Origin: Octopus sinensis
Lineage: Eukaryota
Assembly (NCBI RefSeq): GCF_006345805.1
Contig: NC_043003.1
Location: 47,988,001 to 48,052,000, forward strand
Length of the DNA: 64,000 nt
Reading direction: 5' to 3'
Positions 38,597 to 50,709 of this stretch are shown here, piece after piece; the first letter of the stretch is position 1, and the number at the start of each line of letters is the position of its first letter. The notes under the pieces are model-generated. The model was not told the origin of the DNA. It saw nothing but the letters and a program-made list of their open reading frames with translations, and did no database searches. A program made the position numbers and the translations under genes.

Positions 38597-38897
38597 ATGC
38601 CTCCTTTTCAAGCCTAGCCAGGCTAATGGGCCCAGTTTCCCAGTTTCTATGGCATATGTGTTCTCCCCAGCTGGACGGGATGCCAGTCCATCACAGCATT
38701 ACTCAAAAAACAGAAAGAGTGAGAGAAAGTTGGGGTGAAAGAGTACAACAGGGGTTGCCACCACCCACTGCTGGAGCCTCATGAAGCTTTAGGTGTTTTC
38801 GCTCAATAAACACACACAACACCCGGTCTGGGAATCGAAACCGTGATCCTCCAACTGTGAGCCCGCTGCCCTAACCACTGGGCCATTGCGCCTCCAC
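38597..38897 (-). mobile_element. tRNA-derived SINE family E (V-domain-like core)
   Basis: Reverse complement of 55927-56240. Confidence 0.85.
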
Positions 38898-39788
38898 AAA
38901 ACCAATGCATATTTGACAGTTAATTTTGTTACAGTTTAGCTCCAATTCAGCTTTGACTGAGAAAACCTATGATCAAAAGTATTTCATCCTGTTTTTCTTT
39001 TAGTGACATCTAGCGCTACATTATTTAATATGCCCTTTCAAATTTAAGACAATCGTCTTGATTTGAGGAAAATTTGGCTGGTATTTCCAGCAGGTTAAAC
39101 AATGACATAGATACTTCCTCATTGGCTTACATATGTTTAATATATCTGGAAACCAAAATATCTTTCCCTGATATTCTTAGAAAATTAAAACTATTCAGGA
39201 AGAATAAATTTGTAGTTTACTGCGTAAAAAATATTCAAATAGTTAAAAAAAACAACTCTCATAAATTTTTGTGCTTCTTTCCTAGACAAAAAAATAAATA
39301 AATAAAAATAGCTTGAAACATCAGATTTCTGTTCTTAAGAATTTTATGAAAAACTTTCACTTTCAATATGTCACAGTAGCTTAGCATAATACTAAGAATA
39401 AGTTGGGATACAGAGCATTTTAAAAATGGACACATTAAGGATATAAGAAAATACACCAGCTTGTAGGTAATTTGGAAGTATTACAGATCTCAAAACAGAT
39501 ATACCTTGGAATTGGTTGAAGAGAGAAACCAAGAGCTTGTAATTTCCTAAGTTCACATAACACTTGGATTTTTGCCAATGCAAGAGATTTACTTCATTTA
39601 AAATACCTCTTTTGGTTTTTTTCAACAATACAGAGGGAAGACTAATAGATATGATACTGCTTAGTAAATTGAACATTACACTCAGTTCCTGAAAATACTG
39701 CGATACTTGAAACTGTAAATATCTGTAAATAGCTTCAAGACCCTACTTTCATTTTCTAACAGTTAAGAATTACACTATTTTTAACATA

Positions 39789-39866
<78 letters not shown>

Positions 39867-41242
39867 CCCATATTTATACACAAGGGGCAGGAACAGGCAG
39901 TTGATTAAACTGGTCCCAGTATCAGGTTGGTACATATTTTATCAACTCCCAAATAACAAAACACAAAACTGACCCCTATCAAGATTTAATCTTTAGAACA
40001 CAAATGGGACGTAACTAAATAAAATACCTTTTTTATTTGTTCACTACTGGTTCTGTCTTCCAGTGCCATAACAATGCTATTAATATTAATTAATAATGAT
40101 AATTATTTCTTTTATCAACCACTAAAACCCCAAGATGTTAGAGATAGTACCAAGGATGAAAAACAAAACATAGGGTGGTGGTTTTGCATTAAGTAAAAAG
40201 GAAGTAATACTCATAGATAAAACGGAAAAGATTTCCAATGGAATAGGGATAGAGGAATCATCTAGGAGCAATGAAGAAACCCCGCAGACCCAGGATGACC
40301 CTGATTGTCAAGACTAAGTGTCCTCTTTCAGTTATATTTCCTAGCATATAAGCTCATGCTCAGATTGGCCCTTCCACTTGGGTTATGCTTGCGACTTTTA
40401 GGGACACCCTCATCCTCATTATCATCATTTAACATCCATTTTTTATACTGGCAAAGGTGGGATGGTTTGGCAAGATCTGATGAGCAGCAGGACTGCATCA
40501 AGCTGTAATGTCAGGCTTGACATGGTTTCCATGGCTAGTTATCCTTCCAAACACCATTTTACAGAATGTACTCAGTGCTTTTCTCGTGCCACCAAATGAC
40601 TTTCAAGACAAGAAAAGAGCAGGAAAAGGAGAAAGAAAAGCCCTGCCTCAACTAAGTGGGAGTAGAGGAATATTTGAGAGAAGGAGGTAGCTTCATGCCA
40701 GGAGTTAAGAGGCTAAAATATAATAGAGGGACAAGCACAGGTGTCTTGCTATAGAGAGGATACACGACTACTCTACAATATATAAGGGAATAGCTAGAAA
40801 GAAGATAAGATGATAGTGATGGGGTGCCAGGGCAAACCCTCAAAGGACAAGAAGGTGAACATAAGATAGGATATGAACTGTGGATTAGTAAGAGAAGGAG
40901 GGACAGCTCAACAAATTTATGGGAACGCAGAGCCTCCCACCTCATTCTCATCATTCATCTTCAACTGAAACTTGAAGAAGAGCATGAAGGTTTGGCTAAA
41001 GAAGAGATAGCCTGACCTAAGTCTTTTCAATTATGTCCACTGTATTTGTTTAGTTACAACTACAAGATAGAAAAATAATGTATTTCCCAGCCTAAGGAAT
41101 GTAGTAATGTGGTCTTTACAAAAGAGTCAAGCAATAGCTGGATTCTTTCTACATGCATTAACAGCTGTTTAGTATTAACTCCCTAAGTAAGCAGGGCTCA
41201 AGTACAGAATAAGTGCATGCACAATGGTTACCTCACTGGTGA

Positions 41243-41560
41243 AGGTGTGTGGCTGAGTGGGTAAGGTTTTAGGCTCAAGATCATAAGGTTGTGAGTTTGA
41301 TTCAAGTGGTGTATTGTGTCCCTGAGCAAGACACTTTATTCACATTGCTCCAATTCACTCAGCTGGCAAAAATGAATAAGTTTTTTTTTTTTTTTTCAAA
41401 GGGCCAGCCTTGTCACATTCTATATCTTGCTGAATCTCCCTGAGAATTACATTAAGAGTACGCATGTCTGTGGAGTGCTCAGCCACTTGCACATTAATTG
41501 CACGAGAAGGTTGTTCCATCAATCAGATGAAATGGAAACCTTATTGGTCATAACTGATAA
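41243..41560 (+). mobile_element. SINE family D
   Basis: Matches 33061-33380. Confidence 0.85.
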
Positions 41561-42122
41561 GCATTAGGCAACAAATTTATGAGGTGGGTAAACAGCTGAA
41601 ACTAAGTGAGTCAAACCAATACATGTCTAGTACTGGTATTACTTAACAGGTACTTAACTGACTTAGAGGAATGAAAGTCAAAGTTGAACCTTAGTAAGAT
41701 TTGAAAACAGAACAAAGAGAGGCATTTAGACTGGCTTTTCACAACCATATTTGTAGCCATTCCAATTCACTTGATTCTTTTCTCCAACAATGAGCTCTAT
41801 CCCAAAATCTTAGAACCTGCTTCCTCCTTTTTCTCTTGAAGCATATAAACTTATTCAATTTTTATAAATTTATTAAGTTTGCAAAAGTGCTACAGCTGTC
41901 ACCACCATTACAACTATCACCAGAACAACAATAAAAGCTAATGTAGGAACCACTATGAGGTTCCTTGATCTGCTAAAAACAGCAGCTAAACTGAATTCAA
42001 ACATGCCCTATCTTCTCAAATAAAGGAGGACATATACTGCAAAGCATTTTATCCAACACAGTAATGATTCTGCCAGCTTGTTGCCTTAATAAATAATAAT
42101 AATAATAATAATAATAGTGATA

Positions 42123-42157
<35 letters not shown>

Positions 42158-42169
42158 TAATAATAATAA

Positions 42170-43740
42170 TAATCCTTTCTACTGGAGGCTCAAGGCCTCA
42201 TATTTATGCGGCAGGGACTAGTTGATTACATCGACTCGATTGTTTCACTGGTACTTAATCTATTAACCCTGAAAAGATAAAAGGTAAAGTTGACTTTGGA
42301 GGAATTTGAACTCAGAGCATAGCGATGGGTGAAATACCACAAAGCATTTCGTCCAGCATGTTAATGATTCTGCCAGCTCGCCACTTTAATGATGAATATG
42401 ATGATGATGATAAATGTACAAGCTCCAAAAAAGATGAGATTGCATGAATGTGGAGAATGAAGAAAGTAACTGTTATCCTAGTAATTGTTGGGGCATTAGG
42501 AACATTAACAATCAGAAATTAGTTGGAGAAATTGGGATTGACATGAGTATAGAATATGCTCTGAAATCTGCTTTATCGAGGACAGCGGGGATTTTGAGAC
42601 TAGTAAATTGATGTTAAGTGTCGTGGAAAGAGACCCTGTGAGACCCTTGACAACAGGTTGTTGTCCATTCTTACAGAATCAGCCAATTAACAATAGCAAG
42701 TGAAATAAAGAGCCCTGAGAAGAGAAATGTACAATAACAATAAAAATAATATGATCTACTAAAGGCATAAAGTCTGAAATTTTGAGGGAGGGGGACTAGT
42801 TGATTACATCAACCCCAGTGTTTCATTGGTACTTAATTTATTGATCCCAAAAGGAAGATAGGCAGACTTGATCTCGGCAGAAATTGAACTCAGAATGTAG
42901 TGACGGGTGAAATACAGCGAAGCATTTCATCTAGTGTGCTAACTATTCTGCCAGCTCATCACCTTGATAATAATAATCCTTTCTACTAAAGGCACAAGGC
43001 CTGCTTGAAATTTTGGGGGAGGAGACTAGTTGATTACACCAACCCCGAAAAGATGATAGACAGAGTTGATCTCAGCAGAAATTGAACTCAGAATGTAGTG
43101 ATGGGTGAAACACAGCGAAGCATTTCATCTAGTGTGCTAACAATTCTGCCAGCTTGTTGTCTTAATAATAATAATCCTTTCTACTAAAGTCACAAGGCCT
43201 GAAATTTTGGGGGAGGAGGAGACTAGTTGATTACACCAACCCCGAAAAGATGATAGACAGAGTTGATCTCAGCAGAAATTGAACTCAGAATGTAGTGATG
43301 GGTGAAACACAGCGAAGCATTTCATCTAGTGTGCTAACAATTCTGCCAGCTTGTTGTCTTAATAATAATAATCCTTTCTACTAAAGTCACAAGGCCTGAA
43401 ATTTTGGGGGAGGGGACTAGTCGATTACACCGACCCCGAAAAAATGAAAAGCAGAGTTGATCTCGACAAAATTTGAACTCAGAATGTAAAGATGGATGAA
43501 ATGCTGCTAAGGGTTTTCCCTGGCATGCTAAACGTTCTGCCAGTTCACTGCCTTGATAATGGTTACAAATTTTGGCACAAGGTCAGCAATTTCGGGGAAG
43601 AGGTAAGTTGATTCTATCGACCCCAGTACTCAACTGGTACTTATTTTATTGACTCAGAAAGCATGAAAGGCAAAGTCAACCCAGGCAGCATTCAAACACA
43701 GAACACAAAATCGGAAAAAATGCCATTAACTATTCAGCCT
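42170..43740 (-). repeat. Tandem array of SINE family B copies (about six units; three share one internal deletion, ~198-bp period)
   Basis: Seen: atcctttctactaaa at 42976, 43174 and 43371; these units lack agtgtttcattggtacttaatttattgatccc. Confidence 0.9.
42405..42740 (+). pseudogene. R4/Dong-type non-LTR 3' end
   Basis: KDEIA*MWRMKKVTVILVIVGALG...LEKLG/IDMSIEYALKSALSRTAGILRLV; next to (AAT)n tracts. Confidence 0.7.
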
Positions 43741-45684
43741 GGCACAGTAACGATTCAGCTAACAATCATAATAAATTAGAGTTGTAAGGTGGCAAGCTGG
43801 CAAAAATATTAGCATGCTGGGCGAAATGCCTGTCTTCCACCGTGGTTGGCTTTGCCTTTCATCCTCTCGGGGTCGATAAATTAAGTACCAGTTGTGTACT
43901 GGTGTTGATCTAATAGACTGGCTCCCTCCCCAAAAATTTTAGGCCTTATGCCTAGAGTAGAAAAGAATAAATTAGAGTTGTTTGCAGTATCTTTGCCCTT
44001 CTCCTATGTTAGGGTGGGATAATTTAAGGAAAGTAAAATGAAGTGTTATGGAAAAGGTAATAAATGAAAGAAACAAGTACAGGCAGGTAAGGTCATAACT
44101 GCTGTACACATGGTCAGACTTCTAAAAAAACGTGACCACTAATCGAGGTGTAAGTGTGTGTGTGTGTGTGTATATGTGTGTTGCCTTCTTTTAAGATCCT
44201 TTGTTTCCACAGAGGAAGACAAACAATTATTATTCTTATTATTGAAAATGTCGTACAGTATTATTATTATTATTATTGTAGTTGCCATCGGCACTATCAT
44301 ACTACTACTACTACTACTACAACTACTACTACTTTTACAACTATTACTATCACTACTACTATAATGGCTATTAATGATGATCATGATGATAACGAAGACA
44401 GAGAAGGAGGAGGAAGATAAAAAGGAGGAGAAGGAGGAAGCAGAGGTAGTAAAGGACAAAAAAGGGAGAAGCATATAAAGAAGGGGAGGTGCTGAAGGAG
44501 AAGAAGAAAAAGCAGAATGACACCACATACAATAAAATCCCAGCCAGAAACGTGACCAGAAAGAGACATTCCAAAGAAGGAAGCAAGTAGACCAAAGAAA
44601 TCACCAGTACCAGAGCTGAAGGGGAGAACTGATGGTGGGAGTAAGAACATTATGTGAAGCAAAATGTCTCTCTCTTCCTTCATATGCATGCAACAACCAT
44701 AAGCTTCACCACTATCGCCATGGCTACTATAAAAACTATAACCACCAATACCACCACCACCACCACTACCTCCTATATTTACAATCATTTTGATCACATG
44801 TACCACTAGTATCATCACCACAATGACCAGATACATTCAAATCCACCACCACTACTACTATTACCACCAGCACCACCACCACCACAACCACCACCACAAC
44901 AACCACCACCACCACTTTCACACCTGAACTACATCACCGGCTACAATTACAACCATCATAATCACATGTAACACCACCATAACCACCACCACCATAATCA
45001 CCAGCCTTAGTAATGATGATACAATGCAAAATAAATATTTGGCAGAGAAAAGAATAATAATACAGACTACAATAACAAACTTCCATGTCATCAAATAGTG
45101 TCATATTTTAAGTAAATAGTAAGACAGGCCTTCATAGCTTCCAAAAGTGGGAAGAGTAAGCAGGGAGTCCTCGCTTTAGATTGCTTAACTTGCCATGGGT
45201 TCAGGCAATGTTATAAGCCACAGGTGATTTTTTTTACTATTTTTTTAAATATTTGGAATGAATAGTACAACTCTCAAGGAAGAAGGGTAACCTGATAATG
45301 GTTAAAGATCATTTCACCTTCACCTTCACATGTCCACAGCCACAATAATGATTCCCAATGACTCAGCTTACCTATAAGGAGGTGCTGAAAAGTTTTTGGG
45401 CTTTGGGTAAAAGAAAATACAGGAAGATCAGTTTAATTATACAGTGGTAGATACCATGAGAAAAACCCTCATATTAGATTTTAGTACAAAATGCACACTT
45501 GTTTATATTGCTAGCAGTTCAGCAAAATGAACTGATAGTAGTTACTAGGCTTGAAAAAATAAGTCCTGGGGTAAATCTATTTGACTAAAACCCTTCAAGG
45601 TGGTGCCCGAGCATGGCCACAGTCAATTGTTTCAAACTAGATAAATGATAAAAGATACAAGATAATGCCACCTAAAATACAGTA

Positions 45685-46205
45685 TAGCAATATAAACAAA
45701 TGTACTTTTTGCACCAAAAACCAATATGAGAGGTTCTCTTATGGTATATACCACTGTATAACTTGTTCTAACAGAACAACCACATTTAAGTAGGGATAAA
45801 TATTACTGCTCAGTATTAACACTACATAGGACACTTATATATATTTCTTAACAAGCTCACTGGCTATCATGACACCAGTGGCTGTTCTGGCACTGTTTTT
45901 CCTATATATCATTGGTGGGAATGGGGAGATGAGTCACTGCTATCTCTAGCAGTCGAGTGTCCATCACTGATGAGACCTGGGAAGGTCAAAATCATGTGAT
46001 CTGATGGTATCAGTGCTGGAGATAGCAGAGATTTAGCTCCTCATTAGAGATATAAACATGCCTGCATTCTGAACCAAAAACCAATATGAGGGTTTCTCTC
46101 ATGGTAACTACTGAAGAATAGTTTGTTCTAAAGGAACATCCATGTTTAAGTGGGGATAGATATTCCAGCTCAGTATTAACACTGTCTCTATCGCTAATAT
46201 ATATC
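45685..46205 (+). mobile_element. 360-bp-period repeat (one unit plus ~160 bp) containing a hammerhead; retrozyme/Penelope-pLTR-like
   Basis: 45721-45840 vs 46081-46200 match at 90/120 positions ungapped at exactly 360 offset; inverted 76-bp copy at 45438-45513. Confidence 0.7.
45920..46045 (+). ncRNA. Type I hammerhead ribozyme with extended helix I (G12A variant)
   Basis: Seen: CCATCA/TGATGG helix I; CTGATGA (45967-73); GACCT-GGGA-AGGTC helix II; AAAA for GAAA; ATCA-TG-TGAT helix III; ATC triplet; outer 32-bp helix 45920-51/46014-45. Confidence 0.85.
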
Positions 46206-46754
46206 TACCCAAAAAGGGCTCAGCAAATGATAACAATGTCAACGATTAAGTAGAGTGACATATATATATATAATGTCAGTGACCAGTTTATATGAGTACA
46301 CCACAGGATTTTGTACTATTAATGAAAAACTAGTGGAATATCAGTAATCAGGTGATGGGAGTTTAACAAAATGCTTCCATACTGTTAACTCTGAAAGATA
46401 ACCTTAATTTTCATTGCTATGCACTGTGTGTAAATGTGTTTGTCAGTAATTGTATGTATGTGTTGTTTAAATGGAAAATATAATGAACAGTGAGGCTAGA
46501 CAATGTCAGATACTAGGAAGCAGATAAACAGAGACTATGAACTGTGTGTATGTGTGTGTGTGTGTGTGTGTAATATTTAATATAACAACCAAAGTATAAC
46601 ATAATGTTTCAAAATTCAAGTTCATTCCACAGCATGGCACCTTTGGTAAGTATATCTTCTAATATAGCCCCAGGTCAACCAAAGTCTTGTGAGTGAATTT
46701 GGTATGCAGAAACTGAAAAAAACTCATTGCATATATATCATGATCATATAGTGT

Positions 46755-46890
46755 CTGTTGTCCATGCTAGCTTGGATTGGACAGTTTGACCAGGGCTGAT
46801 AAGCTGAGGGGCTGCACCAGACTCCAGTCTGATTTGGCATGGTTTCTACAGCTGGATGTCCTTCCTAATGCCAACCACCCTGAGAGTGTA
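46755..46890 (-). mobile_element. RTE 3' UTR fragment
   Basis: cagctggatgtccttcctaatgccaacc motif. Confidence 0.8.
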
Positions 46891-46906
46891 ATGGGTGCCA
46901 CTGGCA

Positions 46907-46981
<75 letters not shown>

Positions 46982-47126
46982 CAAATATTAAAGGAAATAG
47001 AGAAATACAATTGACATATTAAACATTCATTTACATTATGATTTTGATTTTGATTTTTCCAGTTTCAGCTTATGAGCTGTGGCCATGCTGGGGCACCGCC
47101 ATTTGGTGTTGCTACTTGGTTTCACT

Positions 47127-50120
47127 TCATGAAGGCTTTCTAGCAGCTGCTATTTGGTGCATGAGAGAGTTCGATGCAGCTGCCCTCATCTGCCCCTCCT
47201 GCCGTGAAGTTGGTTCATCTGGGACACCTGACAGGAAGAGATCCAGCTTCATTTTAAAGACATCTGTATCCACCCCATGCAGGTCTCTCAGGTTCTTCGG
47301 GAGGATATTGAAGAGCTGTGGGCCTCGGAAGCCCAGGCTATCACAGAATCTTGTCCTACATCTTGATGGCAAGTTTGGAGTCCTAGGCACCACGCAGTGG
47401 CGCCCAGTTCTGGCATTTGCGTAACTCTCGATGCCAAAGTTCAGGACACTTCCCTCCAGGATCTTCCAGATGTATATTATGGCATATCTTTCCCGCCTAC
47501 GCTCCAGGGAATATAATTTTAATTTCCTGAGTCTTTCCCAGTAGCTTACATTCTGCATAGAGGCTATCTTCTTCGTGTAGCTACGTTGGATCGCCTCGAG
47601 CTCTGTGATCAACTTGACACTGGATGGTGACCATAACTGAGAGCAGTAGTCAAAGTGGCTTAGGACAAGTGTCCTCCAGAGGACCATCATGGTTTCTTGT
47701 TCTCTTGTTCTAAAGGTTCTGAGGATCCATCCGGCCAGTCGTCTACATTTCATTGCCAATTTAGCAACATGTACACGAAAGGTCGCGTCATCACTCATGT
47801 AAATACCTAGGTCACGCACTGATTGTGCCTCTGGGATTGCTATTCCTCCGGGTCCAGTGTATTCATTGGGTATTGCATTTAGTTTTGCATGCTGATAGTA
47901 TAGAGCTTGAAACTTTTCAGCATTGAACTGCATGCTATTCTTTTCGGCCCACTTGTATATTTTGTCTAGCTCACATTGCAGGTGTTTAGTGTCCTCAGGG
48001 TTCTGTATTGCCTGTGAAACTTTTGTATCATCTGCATAACTTGTGATCGTGGCTCTCTGCGTGGCTGAGGGCATGTCTGAGAGGGCCATTATGAACAGTA
48101 GTGGTCCCAGAACAGTGCCCTGCGGAACACCGCTCACTATTTGCGTGTTAATGGAAGTGGCCCCATTGGCCACCACCACCTGACTTCTATCTTTCAGAAA
48201 GTCATGAAGCCATTCTCCCAGTTTTCCAACTATGTTGAGATCACGCAGTTTGTGACATATCATTCCATGATCGACTTTATCAAAGGCCTTTGCAAAGTCG
48301 AGATATATCACTTCCACATTTGAGTGGTTGAGCAGCCGTTTCAGCACCCAGTCATAGTGTTGTAGGAGCTGAGTTAAACAGCTTCTCCCTGGTCGGAAAC
48401 CATGTTGGGTGTCGGGCAGCAAGTCATTTTCTTCAAGGAAGGTGATCAGCTTCCTTCTGACTATTCGTTCCATGACCTTGCTGATGTGTGAGGTCAGAGA
48501 GATAGGTCTATAGTTCTTGGCTTCCGCTCTGCTACCTCCTTTATGAATGGGGCATATTTTACCTTCCTTCAGTTTTCTTGGAAGTTTGCCAGCTGCAAGG
48601 AAGCTCTGAAAGAGGAACTGCAGTGGTCTTGCTAGGACTCTCTTACATGCTTTTAGGAGGATTGCCGGGAATCCATCGGGGCCAGTAGCTGAGTCTGTTT
48701 TCATTTCATCTATAGCCTTGATTACATCGTCTTCCTTTATATCGATGTAATCTATCGTCGCCGCCTCTGATTTTATATCTGCAGTGGTAAAAAAGTCAGT
48801 TGGATTGGTGATTTGGAGATGCCCAAAGGGTGGAGTGAAAACACTCTTGAATTGCTCATTCAGTATTTCACTTACCCTCATTGGTTTTCCTGTAAGTGTG
48901 CCATCCTTTTCGAGGAGTGGCCCTATTCTACAGTGCACCGTAGCTGTTTCTTTGGCATACCTGTAGAAAGCTCTGGGGTTAGATTTTATGTTGTCTATAG
49001 CCCAGGCTTCTTTGTCTGCTCTTTCCTTTTCATGGGAGAGTTTCAGACATTTTTCGATTTCCAACAGTTTTATTTTTAGGCGGGACTTTTCACTGCTTTC
49101 AATCTGTTTGTTTAGGCGATTTGAAAATTTTGTACGCCGTCTCATTAGAATTTTCCTCTCTCTGGGGATTTTGTTCTTGTGTACAGTGGCCTTTCTCTCT
49201 GGGACATATTTGTAGCATATGGCTTGCATTACAGACATGAATTGTTGAAGTTTCACGTCGATGTCTGGCGAGGAGAGACATTTAGGCCAGTTTTGTTTGA
49301 GGATCTCTTTCTCAATTTGTTTCCAGTTTGCCTTATGGTAGTTCAAGCTGGAAAGATTCTGGGGGTTTCTTGTAGGCTGCATGTCCGTGCTCTCTTTTGG
49401 CCCGTACATGGTCAGCTCTATCATGTTGTGATCCGAGAGTAGTGTCGGTGTCACTTTCACATTATGGATGAGATCCATGTCATTTGTGAAGCAGAGATCC
49501 AGTGTGTTACCTGCCCTGGTTGGTTAGAGTATTACCTGCTCCATGTACAGGGTGTTGATGAGGTTCAGGAGGGACCTCGCCTGTCCTCGTTCACATCTTG
49601 TCATTCCCGGGAGAGAAAGGCCCTCGGGCCATCTGACATTTGGCAGATTGAAGTCTCCCATAAGAAGTACACTTATGTGTTGTTCTAATGTGGTTAGAAC
49701 TTCTATTTTTATAAGGCAGTCTTCAAACTTGCCCACATGGCTTGGGGCATCTGGAGGGCGGTATGTAGCACACACAACTACATCAAGTTGCCTAATATGT
49801 ACAATTAGTGTGTCACACACCGAGTTTGAGTATGACAAGAGGACCTGGGGTGTGAGGTCCTCACGGATGTACATAGCAACACCTCCATGACTCCTTTCTT
49901 TCCTGTCGGTCCGTAGTACAGCATACTGTGGTATGTGTAACTCCGCATCTGCTATATCCGGTTTCAGGTGCGTTTCCGTTAGTGCTATGCATAAGGCTTG
50001 ATTGCATGCAACAAAATCTCTCAGGAACGGGATTTTTGTCCTGTTACTGAGTGTTTGCAGTCCTCTGATGTTCAGTAGGAGCATCGAGGTGAGGTGTACG
50101 TTGTTGCCGGTGGTGTCCAT
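47127..50120 (-). CDS. LINE ORF2: APE endonuclease + reverse transcriptase, interrupted by one in-frame TAA at 49524-49526
   Basis: Track ORFs 49524..50171 and 47127..49478 are in the same frame: ...EQVIL*PTRAGNTLDLCFTNDMDL...; APE motifs LNIRGL, LTETHL, YRPP, MGDFNLP, SDH; RT motifs YRPISLT, QHGFRPGRSC, YLDFAKAFD, GVPQGTVLGPLLF, YADDTK. First ATG at 50118-50120. Confidence 0.93.
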
Positions 50121-50709
50121 CCTGGGTCTGTTTGCTGTGGTGGTGGTCTGGTATATAGTGGGTAGTCCCACCTGCGGGCTTGGGTTGATGAAGCCAGGTC
50201 AGCTGCTGTACAATCTTTTGTGCCATGCACAAAAAAGATTGTTGCTCAGCAGCTGCCCTTTCGACAACATCATGTTGGTGGTTTGTGGCACGCACAACAT
50301 CTGCGTACCTCCGCTTTGGGGCAAGTGGTGCGTGGTCCATCCCTTTTCCTTGTGTTGATGGTTTGTCCATCTGCCTCGTGTCTCTGTGGCAGGGTCCCCA
50401 ATGTGCAAAGCGGCAGCCTGCACCTTCCTTTCCATGCCAGCAGGAACCTCTCAGGTAGAACCTACACACCTGTGTGCGCTGTCCGTTTCCATCTTTTGCG
50501 GTTCCACTTCTACTCCTGGTTTTTTCACCCTTTGGTCCTGCTTGAGCTTTTCCTTTAGCTCTACCAGCCCTTCTTTTAGTTCTTCCTCCTCCCTCTACCT
50601 CTTCACCGGATTCTCCGTCTCTATAGCCTTTGCTGCCGGTTGGAGAACTTGCACCTGGGTTCACTTCCCGGGCAGGTTTCTCATTCAAAACCTCCTCCCG
50701 GGCATCCAC
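50044..50709 (-). CDS. LINE ORF1 with basic/acidic region and CCCH zinc finger (no AUG at the start; probably truncated)
   Basis: CRFYLRGSCWHGKEGAGCRFAH = C-x7-C-x8-C-x3-H; overlaps the ORF2 start; the track start codon is GTG. Confidence 0.75.
   Translation of the reverse strand: MDAREEVLNEKPAREVNPGASSPTGSKGYRDGESGEEVEGGGRTKRRAGRAKGKAQAGPKGEKTRSRSGTAKDGNGQRTQVCRFYLRGSCWHGKEGAGCRFAHWGPCHRDTRQMDKPSTQGKGMDHAPLAPKRRYADVVRATNHQHDVVERAAAEQQSFLCMAQKIVQQLTWLHQPKPAGGTTHYIPDHHHSKQTQDGHHRQQRTPHLDAPTEHQRTANTQ

Noticed and set aside
39520-39570. Possible 42-nt minus-strand micro-exon (ag|GAAATT...CCAAG|gt)
   Set aside because: Weak acceptor, no recognisable peptide, and no neighbouring exons to support it.
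42735-43560. Regularly spaced repeats resembling a CRISPR array
   Set aside because: Whole units are repeated with no unique spacers; they are SINE copies in a eukaryotic context.
44380-44660. Acidic/basic protein-like reading frames
   Set aside because: Purine-rich low complexity with stops in every frame and no convincing splice sites.
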